This document shows, in pieces, positions 44,287 through 54,568 of a DNA stretch of 64,000 nucleotides (position 1 is its first letter; the number at the start of each line of letters is the position of its first letter). Made by a program: the position numbers and the translations under genes. The notes beneath the pieces were generated by a model. The model saw only the letters and a list, made by a program, of their open reading frames with translations, did not search any database and was not told the DNA's origin. This DNA comes from Bacteroidaceae bacterium (GTDB taxonomy: Bacteria; Bacteroidota; Bacteroidia; Bacteroidales; Barnesiellaceae_A), in NCBI GenBank assembly GCA_017522135.1, contig JAFXAB010000029.1:3610-67609 (forward strand), written 5' to 3'.

Positions 44287-44856
44287 ATGAATATGGTACT
44301 AAATGAACGTATAGTACGCCACGAACTTGTTGTAGAGGCCGGTCGTCGCATGATGATGGCGGCTCGTACTGCCCCCAAAGCCCGTGGTGTAGATATTATT
44401 GAGATAGCATTGGTGAGTGAGCGTGCCGACCTTGAAAAGCTATCGGCTGTGATGCGTAGCAAAGGCGAGGAGAGCGGTATGCAATTCTTGTTGCGCGACT
44501 CGGAGAATATATTGCAGGGTGATGCCGTATTGCTCATAGGTACACCCATTGCCAACCAAGGCCTTAATTGTGCATACTGTGGCTGCGAAAAGTGTGTCGA
44601 TAAGCCTATGATGGCTCCTTGTGCAATGAACTCGGTCGACTTGGGTATTGCCGTAGGCTCGGCCTGTTCTCTTGCCGCTACTCTTTGTGTAGATACTCGT
44701 GTGATGTTCTCGGCCGGTTGGTCGTCTTTGTCGCTCGATTGGTTGCCCGGTTGCACACAAGTTATAGCCATCGCGCTGAGTTGTACTTCCAAAAATCCCT
44801 TCTTCGACCGACAACCTCGAGTCGAGACCAATACATCTGAGAATGAAAAAAAATAA
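44287..44856 (+). CDS. DUF2148-type ferredoxin-domain protein
   Basis: 189 aa. AARTAPKARGVD...GLNCAYCGCEKC matches my recollection of the DUF2148 family. It overlaps the aguA start by 14 nt. Confidence 0.65.
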   Translation: MNMVLNERIVRHELVVEAGRRMMMAARTAPKARGVDIIEIALVSERADLEKLSAVMRSKGEESGMQFLLRDSENILQGDAVLLIGTPIANQGLNCAYCGCEKCVDKPMMAPCAMNSVDLGIAVGSACSLAATLCVDTRVMFSAGWSSLSLDWLPGCTQVIAIALSCTSKNPFFDRQPRVETNTSENEKK

Positions 44857-45877
44857 TATCATACTGCCTGCCGAATGGGATAGACAGAGTGCCATTCAAC
44901 TTACATGGCCTCACAAAGACACCGATTGGGCATATATGCTCGACGAGGTAGAAGAGTGCTTTGTAAACTTGGCGCGTGAGATAGCTGCGCGACAACTCTT
45001 GCTCATCGTTACGCCCGAGCCGGAGCAAGTACGCAACCGCATTGCCCATGTCGTAAACATGGATAACGTGCGCATTGTTGAGTGTAATAGCAACGACACT
45101 TGGGCACGCGATCATGGAGGTATTACGGTATATGTCGATGGAGAGCCTGTAGTGTATGATTTTGCCTTCAACGGTTGGGGGCTCAAGTTTGCTGCCTGTC
45201 ACGACAACCTCATTACTTCGCAATTGAACAAGCAGGGTCTATTGCACGCACTCTATCAAAATCGCCTCAACTTCATTATAGAAGGAGGTTCTATCGAGAG
45301 CGATGGGTGTGGAACAATGCTTACCACAAGCGAGTGTCTGCTCTCGCCCAACCGCAATGGTGAGTGGGGTAGAGAAGATATTGAGCAATATCTGTGTGAT
45401 GCCTTTGGCTTATTACAAATCCTATGGCTCGATCATGGCTATTTGGTAGGTGACGATACCGATAGTCACATCGATACTTTGGCGCGATTGGCCCCCGACA
45501 ATACCATCTTGTATGTACGTTGCGAGGACGAGACCGACGAGCATTACAAAGCACTGCAAGCCATGGAGCAGCAGTTGCGCACATTCACTACCATCGATGG
45601 TGAGCCTTACAGACTCTTGCCGCTTCCTATGGCCGCGGCCGCCTATGACGAGGAGGGTGAGCGACTCCCTGCTACTTATGCCAACTTCCTCATCATGAAC
45701 GATGCCGTACTCTATCCCACCTACGGTGTGCCGACTCTCGACGACGAGGCGGCGCGCGTCATTGCCGAGGCCTTTCCCGGTCGCGAAGTTGTGGGTGTAG
45801 ATTGCCAAGCCCTTATAAAACAACACGGTTCGTTGCACTGTGTAACAATGCAATATCCGTCGAATGTGATAGAATAA
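44843..45877 (+). CDS. aguA: Agmatine deiminase
   Basis: 344 aa with ILPAEWDRQSAIQLTWPH, DTWARDHGG, DSHIDTLARL and the catalytic-Cys context HGSLHCVTMQ. Confidence 0.9.
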   Translation: MKKNNIILPAEWDRQSAIQLTWPHKDTDWAYMLDEVEECFVNLAREIAARQLLLIVTPEPEQVRNRIAHVVNMDNVRIVECNSNDTWARDHGGITVYVDGEPVVYDFAFNGWGLKFAACHDNLITSQLNKQGLLHALYQNRLNFIIEGGSIESDGCGTMLTTSECLLSPNRNGEWGREDIEQYLCDAFGLLQILWLDHGYLVGDDTDSHIDTLARLAPDNTILYVRCEDETDEHYKALQAMEQQLRTFTTIDGEPYRLLPLPMAAAAYDEEGERLPATYANFLIMNDAVLYPTYGVPTLDDEAARVIAEAFPGREVVGVDCQALIKQHGSLHCVTMQYPSNVIE

Positions 45878-45893
45878 AAAAAACAACGATAAT

Positions 45894-46781
45894 ATGAGCA
45901 AGATATTGAAAGTAGGCATTGTACAGCAAAGCAACACTGCCGATATAGAACAAAACAAAGCCTCGTTGCGTGCCGGTATTGAGCGTTGTGCCGAGCAAGG
46001 TGCACAACTTGTTGTGTTGCAAGAATTGCACAACTCGTTATACTTTTGCCAGACAGAGAATACCGACCTCTTTGACCTCGCCGAGCCCATTCCCGGCCCC
46101 TCTACCGACTTCTACAGTGCGATAGCACGTGCATGTGGTGTTGTATTGGTCACCTCTCTCTTTGAACGTCGTGCCCCGGGATTGTATCACAACACGGCCG
46201 TGGTATTCGATAGCGACGGATCGATGGCCGGAAAGTATCGCAAGATGCATATACCCGACGACCCTGCCTATTATGAGAAGTTCTATTTTACCCCCGGTGA
46301 TTTGGGCTTTGAGCCTATCAATACATCGTTAGGTAAGTTGGGTGTATTGGTGTGTTGGGACCAATGGTACCCCGAAGCTGCACGACTCATGGCATTGCGT
46401 GGAGCCGAGCTACTCATCTATCCCACTGCCATAGGTTGGGAGAGTAGCGATACCGATGCCGAGAAGGCTCGCCAGCAAGGTGCTTGGGAGACAGTGCAGC
46501 GTGGTCATGCCGTAGCCAATGGATTGCCCGTCATTACAGTCAATCGCGTAGGACATGAGCCCGACCCTTCGGGACAAACACGCGGTATACAATTCTGGGG
46601 ACATAGTTTCGTGGCAGGACCGCAAGGCGAACTCATATTTATGGCTCCCGATGATGCTCCCTGTACAACAGTTGTTGAGGTCGATATGGAACGTAGCGAG
46701 CAAGTGCGTCGCTGGTGGCCCTTCCTGCGTGATCGTCGCATAGAGAATTATGGCGATATAGTGAAGCGTTTCAGAGATTGA
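45894..46781 (+). CDS. aguB: N-carbamoylputrescine amidase (nitrilase superfamily)
   Basis: 295 aa with Glu-Lys-Cys triad contexts VVLQELH, YRKMHIPD and VLVCWDQWYPE. It lies directly downstream of aguA. Confidence 0.9.
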   Translation: MSKILKVGIVQQSNTADIEQNKASLRAGIERCAEQGAQLVVLQELHNSLYFCQTENTDLFDLAEPIPGPSTDFYSAIARACGVVLVTSLFERRAPGLYHNTAVVFDSDGSMAGKYRKMHIPDDPAYYEKFYFTPGDLGFEPINTSLGKLGVLVCWDQWYPEAARLMALRGAELLIYPTAIGWESSDTDAEKARQQGAWETVQRGHAVANGLPVITVNRVGHEPDPSGQTRGIQFWGHSFVAGPQGELIFMAPDDAPCTTVVEVDMERSEQVRRWWPFLRDRRIENYGDIVKRFRD

Positions 46782-46815
46782 GGTATATACCCTTGTATAT
46801 TGCCTACTTCTTTAT

Positions 46816-46864
46816 ACCATGAGAGACTGTGCCAAAATCCTATTTTGTTACAGTCTCTCATGGT
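46816..46864. terminator. Bidirectional terminator between convergent aguB and the yiiX-like gene
   Basis: A 15-bp stem ACCATGAGAGACTGT (46816-46830) / ACAGTCTCTCATGGT (46850-46864). Confidence 0.75.
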
Positions 46865-46867
46865 GTG

Positions 46868-47473
46868 TTATTTCTTGTTATTCTTTGAATTCTCTTTGTC
46901 GACCTGTGGTTGTGTCTTATAGGCCTTGAGTTTCTTGGAGTTATATAAGTCGATAGGTGCAACTATCGGTCGGTCAAATTCTATACGCCTTTCGCTCAAC
47001 GTACCCTCAAGTCCTTTGATGTTATACTCGTTGATAGAACGTGGTTGGCACAACTCTATATTCAAGTCATTCTTGTATATTTCGTATACAAGTTCTGCAT
47101 TATAGTATCGCTTGTTATCAAATTTCAATAGGTGGTCATACTCGGCAAGCATATATTTCTTTAAGTCTATTTTTACTTCTTTGTTGGTAGCTCGCATAAG
47201 GGTGTATTCCGACTTGACACCATGATTGATAAAACTTTGTAGTGGAGTGATGGTAACAATTCGGTCTACATGCAATACGTATGGAGCGTTATCACGCATC
47301 ACAATGATGCCACAGTGTGTAATGGGTGATCCTGTAACATGCTCGATAAGTTCCGATTGCTCGTTTATTGCTTTCTGGAAGATAATGTCACCTTCGCGAG
47401 GGTTATCTACATTGTTACATCCAATGCACAACAATAGGAGTAGGGCACAATAAATATTTTTCATCTGTTTCAT
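46868..47473 (-). CDS. YiiX-family permuted papain-like (NlpC/P60 superfamily) lipoprotein
   Basis: 201 aa with lipobox LLLCIGC. GDIIFQ...SPITHCGIIV resembles the YiiX family. This is a recollection-level assignment. Confidence 0.6.
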   Translation of the reverse strand: MKQMKNIYCALLLLLCIGCNNVDNPREGDIIFQKAINEQSELIEHVTGSPITHCGIIVMRDNAPYVLHVDRIVTITPLQSFINHGVKSEYTLMRATNKEVKIDLKKYMLAEYDHLLKFDNKRYYNAELVYEIYKNDLNIELCQPRSINEYNIKGLEGTLSERRIEFDRPIVAPIDLYNSKKLKAYKTQPQVDKENSKNNKK

Positions 47474-47712
47474 TGTTTGTTGTTTTAGTTGTTTTTGGGA
47501 GTGCTAAGATAAGCATTATTGTCGATATGTGCGCACTATCATGATGACAAAATGACTTGTAAAACTGTAATTTTGTCTTGCAATACGTTGGTTATCATGA
47601 CTTTCTGTCTTGTTTTGGTGCGTGGTATCGCTTTTGCTTTTATGTAAGCGAACATCGTTGCCTACGATGTGTTTATTGTATAATGCCAAGTTAAAAGAAA
47701 GGAGATATAAAG

Positions 47713-50301
47713 ATGAATTTCAACAATTTCACAATCAAGTCGCAAGAGGCTGTACAGAAAGCCATTGATTATACCGTCAGAGGCGGATGCCAGTCGGTTG
47801 AGCCGGTGCATCTGCTACGTGCCACTATTGATGTGGGTGATAGTTTGATAGATTTTATCTTCCAAAAGTTGGGCGTTGCCAAGCAGTCGCTCATACAGTG
47901 GTGCGATCGCTCTATCGCGGCACAACCTCGTGTGAGTGGTGGAGAGCCATTCTTGAGTCGCGAAAGCAACAAAGTATTGCAACGAGCTGTCGATTATTCG
48001 ACTCAGCAAGGCGACCGCTTTGTTGCTATCGAATCATTGTTGATGGCTCTCTTTCTTGTCAAGAGCGAGGCTTCGACCTATCTCAAGGATGCCGGCATTA
48101 CCGAGAAGGAATTGGGGGCTGCCATCGACGAGTTGCGCCGTGGGAAGAATGTTACCGACCAAGGGGCCGAAGGTAGTTACAATGCCTTGTCGAAGTATGC
48201 CATCAACCTCAATGAGCGAGCTCGCACCGGTAAGTTAGATCCTGTTATAGGTCGTGACGATGAGATACGTCGTGTATTGCAGATATTGAGTCGTCGCACC
48301 AAGAACAACCCCATTCTCATAGGCGAGCCGGGTACCGGAAAAACTGCTATTGCCGAGGGACTCGCACACCGCATTGTACGTGGCGACGTGCCCGAGAACC
48401 TCAAGACCAAGCAAATCTTCTCGCTCGATATGGGTGCTCTCGTTGCAGGTGCCAAGTATAAGGGTGAGTTTGAAGAACGCCTCAAAGCTGTTGTAAATGA
48501 AGTAATTGAAGCCAATGGCGAGATTATACTCTTTATCGACGAAATACACACCCTCGTAGGAGCCGGTAAAGGCGAGGGTGCTATGGATGCTGCCAACATT
48601 CTCAAGCCTGCATTGGCGCGTGGCGAGTTGCGCTCGATAGGTGCTACTACGCTCAATGAGTATCAGAAGTATTTTGAGAAAGACAAGGCATTGGAGCGTC
48701 GTTTCCAGATTGTTATGGTCGATGAACCCGATGAGTTGAGTACAATATCTATCCTGCGCGGATTGAAAGAACGCTACGAAAACCACCACAAAGTACGCAT
48801 TAAAGACGATGCGATTATTGCAGCGGTACAGCTCTCACAACGATATATTACCGACCGTTTCTTGCCCGATAAGGCCATTGACCTCATGGATGAAGCTGCT
48901 GCCAAGTTGCGTCTGGAGGTCGATTCGGTGCCCGAGGCCCTCGATGAGATAAGTCGCAAACTCAAGCAGTTGGAGATAGAGCGTGAAGCGATAAAACGCG
49001 AAAACGATAAAGACAAGATAGATACCCTCGGTCGCGAAATTGCCGACCTGCGAGAGGAGGAAACAAGTTTGCAGGCCAAGTGGAAGGCTGAGAAGGAGTT
49101 GGTCAACCGTATTCAACAAAACAAGGTTGATATTGAAAACCTTCGTTTTGAGGCCGAGCGCGCCGAGCGTGAAGGCGACTATGGTCGTGTAGCCGAGATA
49201 CGCTATGCCAAAATCAAACAAAAGGAAGATGAAATTGCCGAAATACAAAATCGTTTGCACGAAATGCAAGGCGATAAGGCCATGATTAAGGAAGAGGTCG
49301 AAGCCGAAGATATTGCCGACATCGTTTCGCGTTGGACCGGTATTCCGGTGAGCAAGATGATGCAGAGCGAGCGCGAAAAATTGTTGCATCTCGAAGAGGA
49401 GTTGCATCGTCGTGTGGTAGGCCAGGAAGAGGCTATACGTGCCATTTCCGATGCTGTGCGTCGCAGTCGTGCCGGATTGAACGACCCTCGCCGTCCTATT
49501 GGCTCATTTATTTTCTTAGGTACTACCGGTGTGGGAAAGACCGAGTTGGCAAAGGCACTCGCCGAATATCTCTTTGATGATGAAAACATGCTCACACGCA
49601 TAGATATGAGTGAGTATCAAGAGAAGTTCAGTGCTACACGGCTTATAGGTTCTCCTCCGGGATATGTGGGTTACGACGAGGGTGGTCAGCTCACCGAGGC
49701 TATACGTCGCAAACCCTATTCGGTAGTATTGTTTGACGAAATAGAGAAAGCGCATCCCGATATTTTCAATGTCTTGTTGCAGGTTCTCGACGATGGACGT
49801 CTCACCGACAACAAAGGTCGACTTGTCAACTTCAAGAATACCATTATCATCATGACATCTAATATGGGTTCGCAACTCATTCGCGACAACTTCTCGCGCA
49901 TGACAGCCGACAATCGAGAGCAAGTCATAGATACTACCCGCGAGGCTGTCTTGGCGATGCTCAAGCAGACTGTTCGTCCCGAGTTTCTCAATCGCATCGA
50001 CGAGACAATTATGTTTACACCCCTTAGCGAGAATGAGATACGGGAGATTGTCCATTTGCAGATAGATGCTCTGTGCAATATGCTTGCCAAGAATGGTGTA
50101 CAGTTGCAGGTGACTCCCCAAGCCCTCACTCTACTCTCGCGAGAAGGGTATGACCCGGAGTTTGGTGCGCGCCCTGTCAAGCGTGTCATTCAACGACAGC
50201 TGCTCAATGCTCTATCTAAGCAACTCCTTTCGGGCACCATCGACAATACACGACCCATTGTGGTCGATGTGCAAGACGAGGCGTTGATTTTCAAAAACTG
50301 A
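47713..50301 (+). CDS. clpB: ATP-dependent chaperone ClpB
   Basis: 862 aa with two AAA+ modules (GEPGTGKTAI, GTTGVGKTEL), a long coiled-coil M-domain and a Clp N-domain. Confidence 0.97.
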   Translation: MNFNNFTIKSQEAVQKAIDYTVRGGCQSVEPVHLLRATIDVGDSLIDFIFQKLGVAKQSLIQWCDRSIAAQPRVSGGEPFLSRESNKVLQRAVDYSTQQGDRFVAIESLLMALFLVKSEASTYLKDAGITEKELGAAIDELRRGKNVTDQGAEGSYNALSKYAINLNERARTGKLDPVIGRDDEIRRVLQILSRRTKNNPILIGEPGTGKTAIAEGLAHRIVRGDVPENLKTKQIFSLDMGALVAGAKYKGEFEERLKAVVNEVIEANGEIILFIDEIHTLVGAGKGEGAMDAANILKPALARGELRSIGATTLNEYQKYFEKDKALERRFQIVMVDEPDELSTISILRGLKERYENHHKVRIKDDAIIAAVQLSQRYITDRFLPDKAIDLMDEAAAKLRLEVDSVPEALDEISRKLKQLEIEREAIKRENDKDKIDTLGREIADLREEETSLQAKWKAEKELVNRIQQNKVDIENLRFEAERAEREGDYGRVAEIRYAKIKQKEDEIAEIQNRLHEMQGDKAMIKEEVEAEDIADIVSRWTGIPVSKMMQSEREKLLHLEEELHRRVVGQEEAIRAISDAVRRSRAGLNDPRRPIGSFIFLGTTGVGKTELAKALAEYLFDDENMLTRIDMSEYQEKFSATRLIGSPPGYVGYDEGGQLTEAIRRKPYSVVLFDEIEKAHPDIFNVLLQVLDDGRLTDNKGRLVNFKNTIIIMTSNMGSQLIRDNFSRMTADNREQVIDTTREAVLAMLKQTVRPEFLNRIDETIMFTPLSENEIREIVHLQIDALCNMLAKNGVQLQVTPQALTLLSREGYDPEFGARPVKRVIQRQLLNALSKQLLSGTIDNTRPIVVDVQDEALIFKN

Positions 50302-50555
50302 TATAGAGAACACCGAGGTATAGTTGTCATATATCTCGGTTTCTTTCTTTTGTGCCGGTATCTATACAATCTCTACTTTGTGTTTGTTGCAGAACCGTGC
50401 AATATATACGCAATATGTAAGCGAAATGATTGAATATGTTAAATAAATAAAAAACAGTGGATATTTATGATGCTTTAAAACATGTTTTTCGTTCCTTATT
50501 GCTAATTTTGCCGAGTGTTTTTCATAGTATTAGATTAAGATTAAGGTTAACGAAG

Positions 50556-50587
50556 ATTGGTTGTCGGGAGGCAATCAATTTTTTTAT
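50556..50587 (+). terminator. Orphan intrinsic terminator in the clpB-dxr intergenic region
   Basis: The stem is ATTGGTTG (50556-50563) / CAATCAAT (50572-50579) with one G-U pair and loop TCGGGAGG, followed by T7 (50580-50586). It lies ~45 nt downstream of a TAATTTTG box at 50503-50510. Confidence 0.55.
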
Positions 50588-50755
50588 ACCCACATCATCC
50601 CTCTGTTTCATGTAGCTAATATCCAATCGGGTAGATTTTTAGTGCCAATTTAAAAACTTTTTTAAAAGTTGCCTTTACGGCAGGTTTCTTTATGGTCATC
50701 CCGAAAATTTTGCGTACATTTGTAGTTTGTAACAAATAAGCACTTTCATAACGAC

Positions 50756-51922
50756 ATGGAACAACAAAAACGATTGGCAATATTAGGCTCAACAGGTTCA
50801 ATTGGACGACAAACGCTTGAGACAGTAGATGCATATCCCCACCTCTTTGAGGTATATATGATTACAGCCAATAGTAGCTTAGACCTTCTTATCGAACAGG
50901 CTCGTAAGTATCAGCCCGAAGTTGTGATAATAGCCAATGAAAACTATTATGCACAATTGCGAGATGCACTTGCCGACCTTCCCATCAAGGTATATGCCGG
51001 AGCACAAGCCATCGCCGATGCAGTTACGTTGCCCGAGATTGACATCGTTGTTACGGCCATGGTGGGCTATGCAGGTTTGTTACCTACCATACGTGCTATC
51101 GAGGCCAAGAAAACCATTGCTTTGGCCAATAAAGAGACGCTTGTTGTTGCCGGCGACCTTATTACACAGTTGGCTGTTGAACACCGTGTACCTATTATCC
51201 CTGTCGATTCGGAACACTCGGCTATCTTCCAATGTTTGGTAGGTGAGGGCGATAACCCTATCGAGAAGATTATTCTCACCGCATCGGGTGGCCCGTTCCG
51301 TTGTCACACACAAGAGCAATTGCTCAAGGTGACTCGTGCCGATGCTTTGCGTCACCCCAACTGGAAGATGGGTCATAAAATTACCATCGACTCGGCTACT
51401 CTAATGAATAAAGGTTTTGAGATGATAGAGGCCAAGTGGCTGTTTGGTGTAGCTCCTTCGCAGATTGAGGTTGTCGTTCATCCGCAATCTATTGTGCACT
51501 CAATGGTCGAGTTTGCCGACGGTGCTGTCAAAGCCCAGTTGGGAACACCCGACATGAAGTTACCCATCAGATATGCTTTGTCATACCCCGATCGTCTCGT
51601 ATCGACCGACCGTAAGTTGTCGCTTACCGATTATGCCACACTCACTTTCGAGCGTCCCGATATGGTACGTTTCCCGCTTCTTCAATATGCCTTCGACGCT
51701 GTCGAAAAAGGTGGCAACATGCCTTGCATCATGAATGCTGCCAATGAAATTGCCGTGGCTGCTTTCTTGGCCGACCGTATAGGATTCTGCCAGATAGCCG
51801 AGACGGTAGCACATGCCATGAACACAGTCGATTATGTAGCATCACCGCTTCTTGACGACTATATTGCCACCAACAGCGAGGCTCGCAACTGTGCCGCTCG
51901 CTATATCGAAACACTCAAATAA
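50756..51922 (+). CDS. dxr: 1-deoxy-D-xylulose 5-phosphate reductoisomerase
   Basis: 388 aa with the NADPH motif ILGSTGSIG and the Dxr core (NKETLV, DSEHSAIFQC, HPNWKMG). A TACATTTG box lies at 50715-50722. Confidence 0.95.
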   Translation: MEQQKRLAILGSTGSIGRQTLETVDAYPHLFEVYMITANSSLDLLIEQARKYQPEVVIIANENYYAQLRDALADLPIKVYAGAQAIADAVTLPEIDIVVTAMVGYAGLLPTIRAIEAKKTIALANKETLVVAGDLITQLAVEHRVPIIPVDSEHSAIFQCLVGEGDNPIEKIILTASGGPFRCHTQEQLLKVTRADALRHPNWKMGHKITIDSATLMNKGFEMIEAKWLFGVAPSQIEVVVHPQSIVHSMVEFADGAVKAQLGTPDMKLPIRYALSYPDRLVSTDRKLSLTDYATLTFERPDMVRFPLLQYAFDAVEKGGNMPCIMNAANEIAVAAFLADRIGFCQIAETVAHAMNTVDYVASPLLDDYIATNSEARNCAARYIETLK

Positions 51923-51936
51923 CAATATAACAACGT

Positions 51937-53325
51937 ATGGAATCATTTCTTATTAAAGCCCTGCAATTGATGCTAAGTTTGTCTATCCTCGTTGGTTTTC
52001 ACGAGTTCGGACACTACATTTTTGCTCGCATTTTCGGCATCAGAGTAGAGCGATTTTTCTTGTTTTTCGATTACAAATTTGCCCTCTTAAGTTTCAAGCG
52101 CGAAGCCAAGTCGCTTGTGGTGAAAGTGTGCGATAAACTCAAGTTCGACATCCCCATGTGGGCTGCCAAACCCTCCGATACCGAGTTTGGTGTGGGATGG
52201 ATACCCTTTGGTGGATATGTCAAGATTGCAGGTATGATAGATGAGTCGATGGACCTCGAGCAGATGAAGCAACCCATGCAACCTTGGGAATTTCGCTCTA
52301 AGCCGGCATGGCAACGTCTGCTTGTAATGGTGGCCGGTGTATTGTTCAATTTCATTCTTGCTATTATCATATACGCTGCCGTTACATTCCATTGGGGCGA
52401 GACCTATCTGCCCTTTGAGAATGCCACGGCCGGTATGGAATTCAGCCAACCGGCTTTGGATAGCGGTTTTCGCAATGGCGACATCATTTTGGCTGCCGAT
52501 GGCGAGAAACTTGAGTATCTCAACAACGAGACACTACATGCCATTATTGAGGCACAGCAGGTCTCTGTATTGCGCGATGGTGCTGAGGTTGCTGTTGCCA
52601 TCGACGACAGTATGATGTTGAAGATTATGCAACAGAACACCGGCTTTGCTTCATATCGCATACCGCCCGTTGTGTACATGGTCGAGGAGAATATGGGTGC
52701 TCATGCAGCCGGTATTGTCAAGGGCGACAAAATCGTGGGTATCGACAGCACGGCTGTAGGTAGCCTTACCGAACTTCGTCTGGCATTGGAGTCTTACAAG
52801 TCGCAGACAGTCGATGTTACTTTTATGCGTGCCGACAGCCTAATGACTGCATCGGTGGCAGTTGACTCTTTGGCTCGTATAGGTGTCGCCATTACTCCTA
52901 TCAATCAGCTCTTTACATTTGTTACCAAGAAATATACTTTCTGGGAGTCTATACCTCGCGGTGTAGAGATAGGTGTAAGCCGCCTTACCAACTATGTGAG
53001 TGACTTCAAGTATGTGTTTACCAAGGAGGGTGCACAGAGTCTGGGTGGATTTGGTTCTATTGGCAGTCTTTTTGCTCCATCGTGGGATTGGTATTCGTTC
53101 TGGAGCATGACAGCCTTCCTCTCGGTAATTCTTGCGTTTATGAATATATTGCCTATACCCGCCCTCGATGGTGGCCATGTGCTTTTCCTCTTGTATGAGG
53201 TAATCACACGCCGTAAGCCCGGTGATAAATTCCTGGAGATTGCTCAGACTATAGGACTCTTCCTCTTGTTTGGTCTACTCATCTATGCCAATGCCAATGA
53301 TATTGTCAGATTTTTCTTTAAGTAA
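51937..53325 (+). CDS. rseP: RIP site-2 metalloprotease RseP
   Basis: 462 aa with the HEFGH zinc motif at the N-terminus, a PDZ region, and the NILPIPALDGGH motif near the C-terminus. Confidence 0.9.
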   Translation: MESFLIKALQLMLSLSILVGFHEFGHYIFARIFGIRVERFFLFFDYKFALLSFKREAKSLVVKVCDKLKFDIPMWAAKPSDTEFGVGWIPFGGYVKIAGMIDESMDLEQMKQPMQPWEFRSKPAWQRLLVMVAGVLFNFILAIIIYAAVTFHWGETYLPFENATAGMEFSQPALDSGFRNGDIILAADGEKLEYLNNETLHAIIEAQQVSVLRDGAEVAVAIDDSMMLKIMQQNTGFASYRIPPVVYMVEENMGAHAAGIVKGDKIVGIDSTAVGSLTELRLALESYKSQTVDVTFMRADSLMTASVAVDSLARIGVAITPINQLFTFVTKKYTFWESIPRGVEIGVSRLTNYVSDFKYVFTKEGAQSLGGFGSIGSLFAPSWDWYSFWSMTAFLSVILAFMNILPIPALDGGHVLFLLYEVITRRKPGDKFLEIAQTIGLFLLFGLLIYANANDIVRFFFK

Positions 53326-53339
53326 CCTACCATTTCTTT

Positions 53340-54524
53340 ATGTCACAAAGCAGATTTATACTCAAGCCCGGAAAGGAAGACTCGTTTCGCCGATTTCACC
53401 CATGGGTGTTTTCCGGAGCTATACAACGTGTTATTGGTGAGCCTGTAGAGGGTGACGTTGTCACCGTCGAAGATTGGCAAGGAAACTTTATAGGTGTGGG
53501 GCACTATCAGATAGGTAGCATTGCTGTGCGCATCCTTTCATTTGCTCCTGTCGATGTTGACTATACTTTCTATTTCGAAAGGCTCAGTGTAGCCTACCGA
53601 ATGCGTCGCAGTCTTGGACTGGAGAATGGCGACTACAACAATGCCTATCGCTTGGTACATGGCGAAGGTGATAATCTGCCCGGCCTTATCATAGATATAT
53701 ATCGCAATACGGCAGTGATGCAGGCTCACAGCCCGGGTATGCACTATGCTCGTCATATATTGGCCAAGGCTCTCAAAGATGTAATGGGCGATAAGCTCGA
53801 TAATATTTATTATAAATCGGAGACTACACTGCCTTATAAGGCGGCTCTCGAGCAAGAGAATGAATATCTGTTGGGTGGAATAGGAGAGGATACTGCAACC
53901 GAAAATGGCCTGACATTCCATGTCGATTGGTTACGAGGACAGAAGACCGGCTTCTTTGTCGATCAACGCGACAACCGCTCGCTTCTTGAACGCTATTCTC
54001 GTGGTCGCAAAGTGCTCAATATGTTCTGCTATACCGGAGGCTTTTCGTTCTATGCAATGCGTGGCGGTGCCGAGTTGGTGCACTCGGTAGATAGTTCGGC
54101 CAAGGCCATAGACCTTACATGTCAGAACGTAGAGCTGAACTTCCCCGGCGACCCCCGTCACAAAGCCTTTGCCGAAGATGCCTTCAAATATCTCGATGCC
54201 ATGGGTGACAACTACGACCTCATCATCCTCGATCCTCCGGCCTTTGCCAAGCATCGCAAGGTGCTGAATAATGCCCTGCAAGGCTATCGCAAGCTCAATG
54301 CCAAGGCATTCGAGAAGATACGTCCCGGTGGCATACTTTTTACATTCTCATGTTCGCAGGTGGTGAGCAAGGAAAACTTCCGTTTGGCGGTCTTTACAGC
54401 CGCAGCCCAGTCGGGTCGCAAGGTGCGTATCCTCCACCAGCTTACTCAGCCGGCCGATCATCCTGTCAATATCTACCATCCCGAGGGTGAGTATCTCAAA
54501 GGATTGGTACTATATGTCGAATAA
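53340..54524 (+). CDS. rlmI: Class I SAM-dependent 23S rRNA (cytosine-C5) methyltransferase RlmI-like
   Basis: 394 aa with a PUA-like N-terminus (HPWVFSGAI), an MTase core (LNMFCYTGGFS, ILDPPAF), and an RlmI-type C-terminus. Confidence 0.8.
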   Translation: MSQSRFILKPGKEDSFRRFHPWVFSGAIQRVIGEPVEGDVVTVEDWQGNFIGVGHYQIGSIAVRILSFAPVDVDYTFYFERLSVAYRMRRSLGLENGDYNNAYRLVHGEGDNLPGLIIDIYRNTAVMQAHSPGMHYARHILAKALKDVMGDKLDNIYYKSETTLPYKAALEQENEYLLGGIGEDTATENGLTFHVDWLRGQKTGFFVDQRDNRSLLERYSRGRKVLNMFCYTGGFSFYAMRGGAELVHSVDSSAKAIDLTCQNVELNFPGDPRHKAFAEDAFKYLDAMGDNYDLIILDPPAFAKHRKVLNNALQGYRKLNAKAFEKIRPGGILFTFSCSQVVSKENFRLAVFTAAAQSGRKVRILHQLTQPADHPVNIYHPEGEYLKGLVLYVE

Positions 54525-54568
54525 ATTTTATATTATAAAGTAAACTATAACCAATTAATTGTTTTTCT

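Noticed and set aside
44268-44895. Minus-strand ORFs 44268..44831 (187 aa) and 44440..44895 (151 aa).
   Set aside because: They are antisense to the DUF2148 gene, and their Ser/Arg/Ala-rich translations match no family. The plus-strand frame has the conserved Cys cluster and is coupled to aguA.
50616-50834. A 72-aa minus-strand ORF overlapping the dxr start.
   Set aside because: It overlaps the dxr promoter and its first 26 codons on the opposite strand, and it has no supporting signals.
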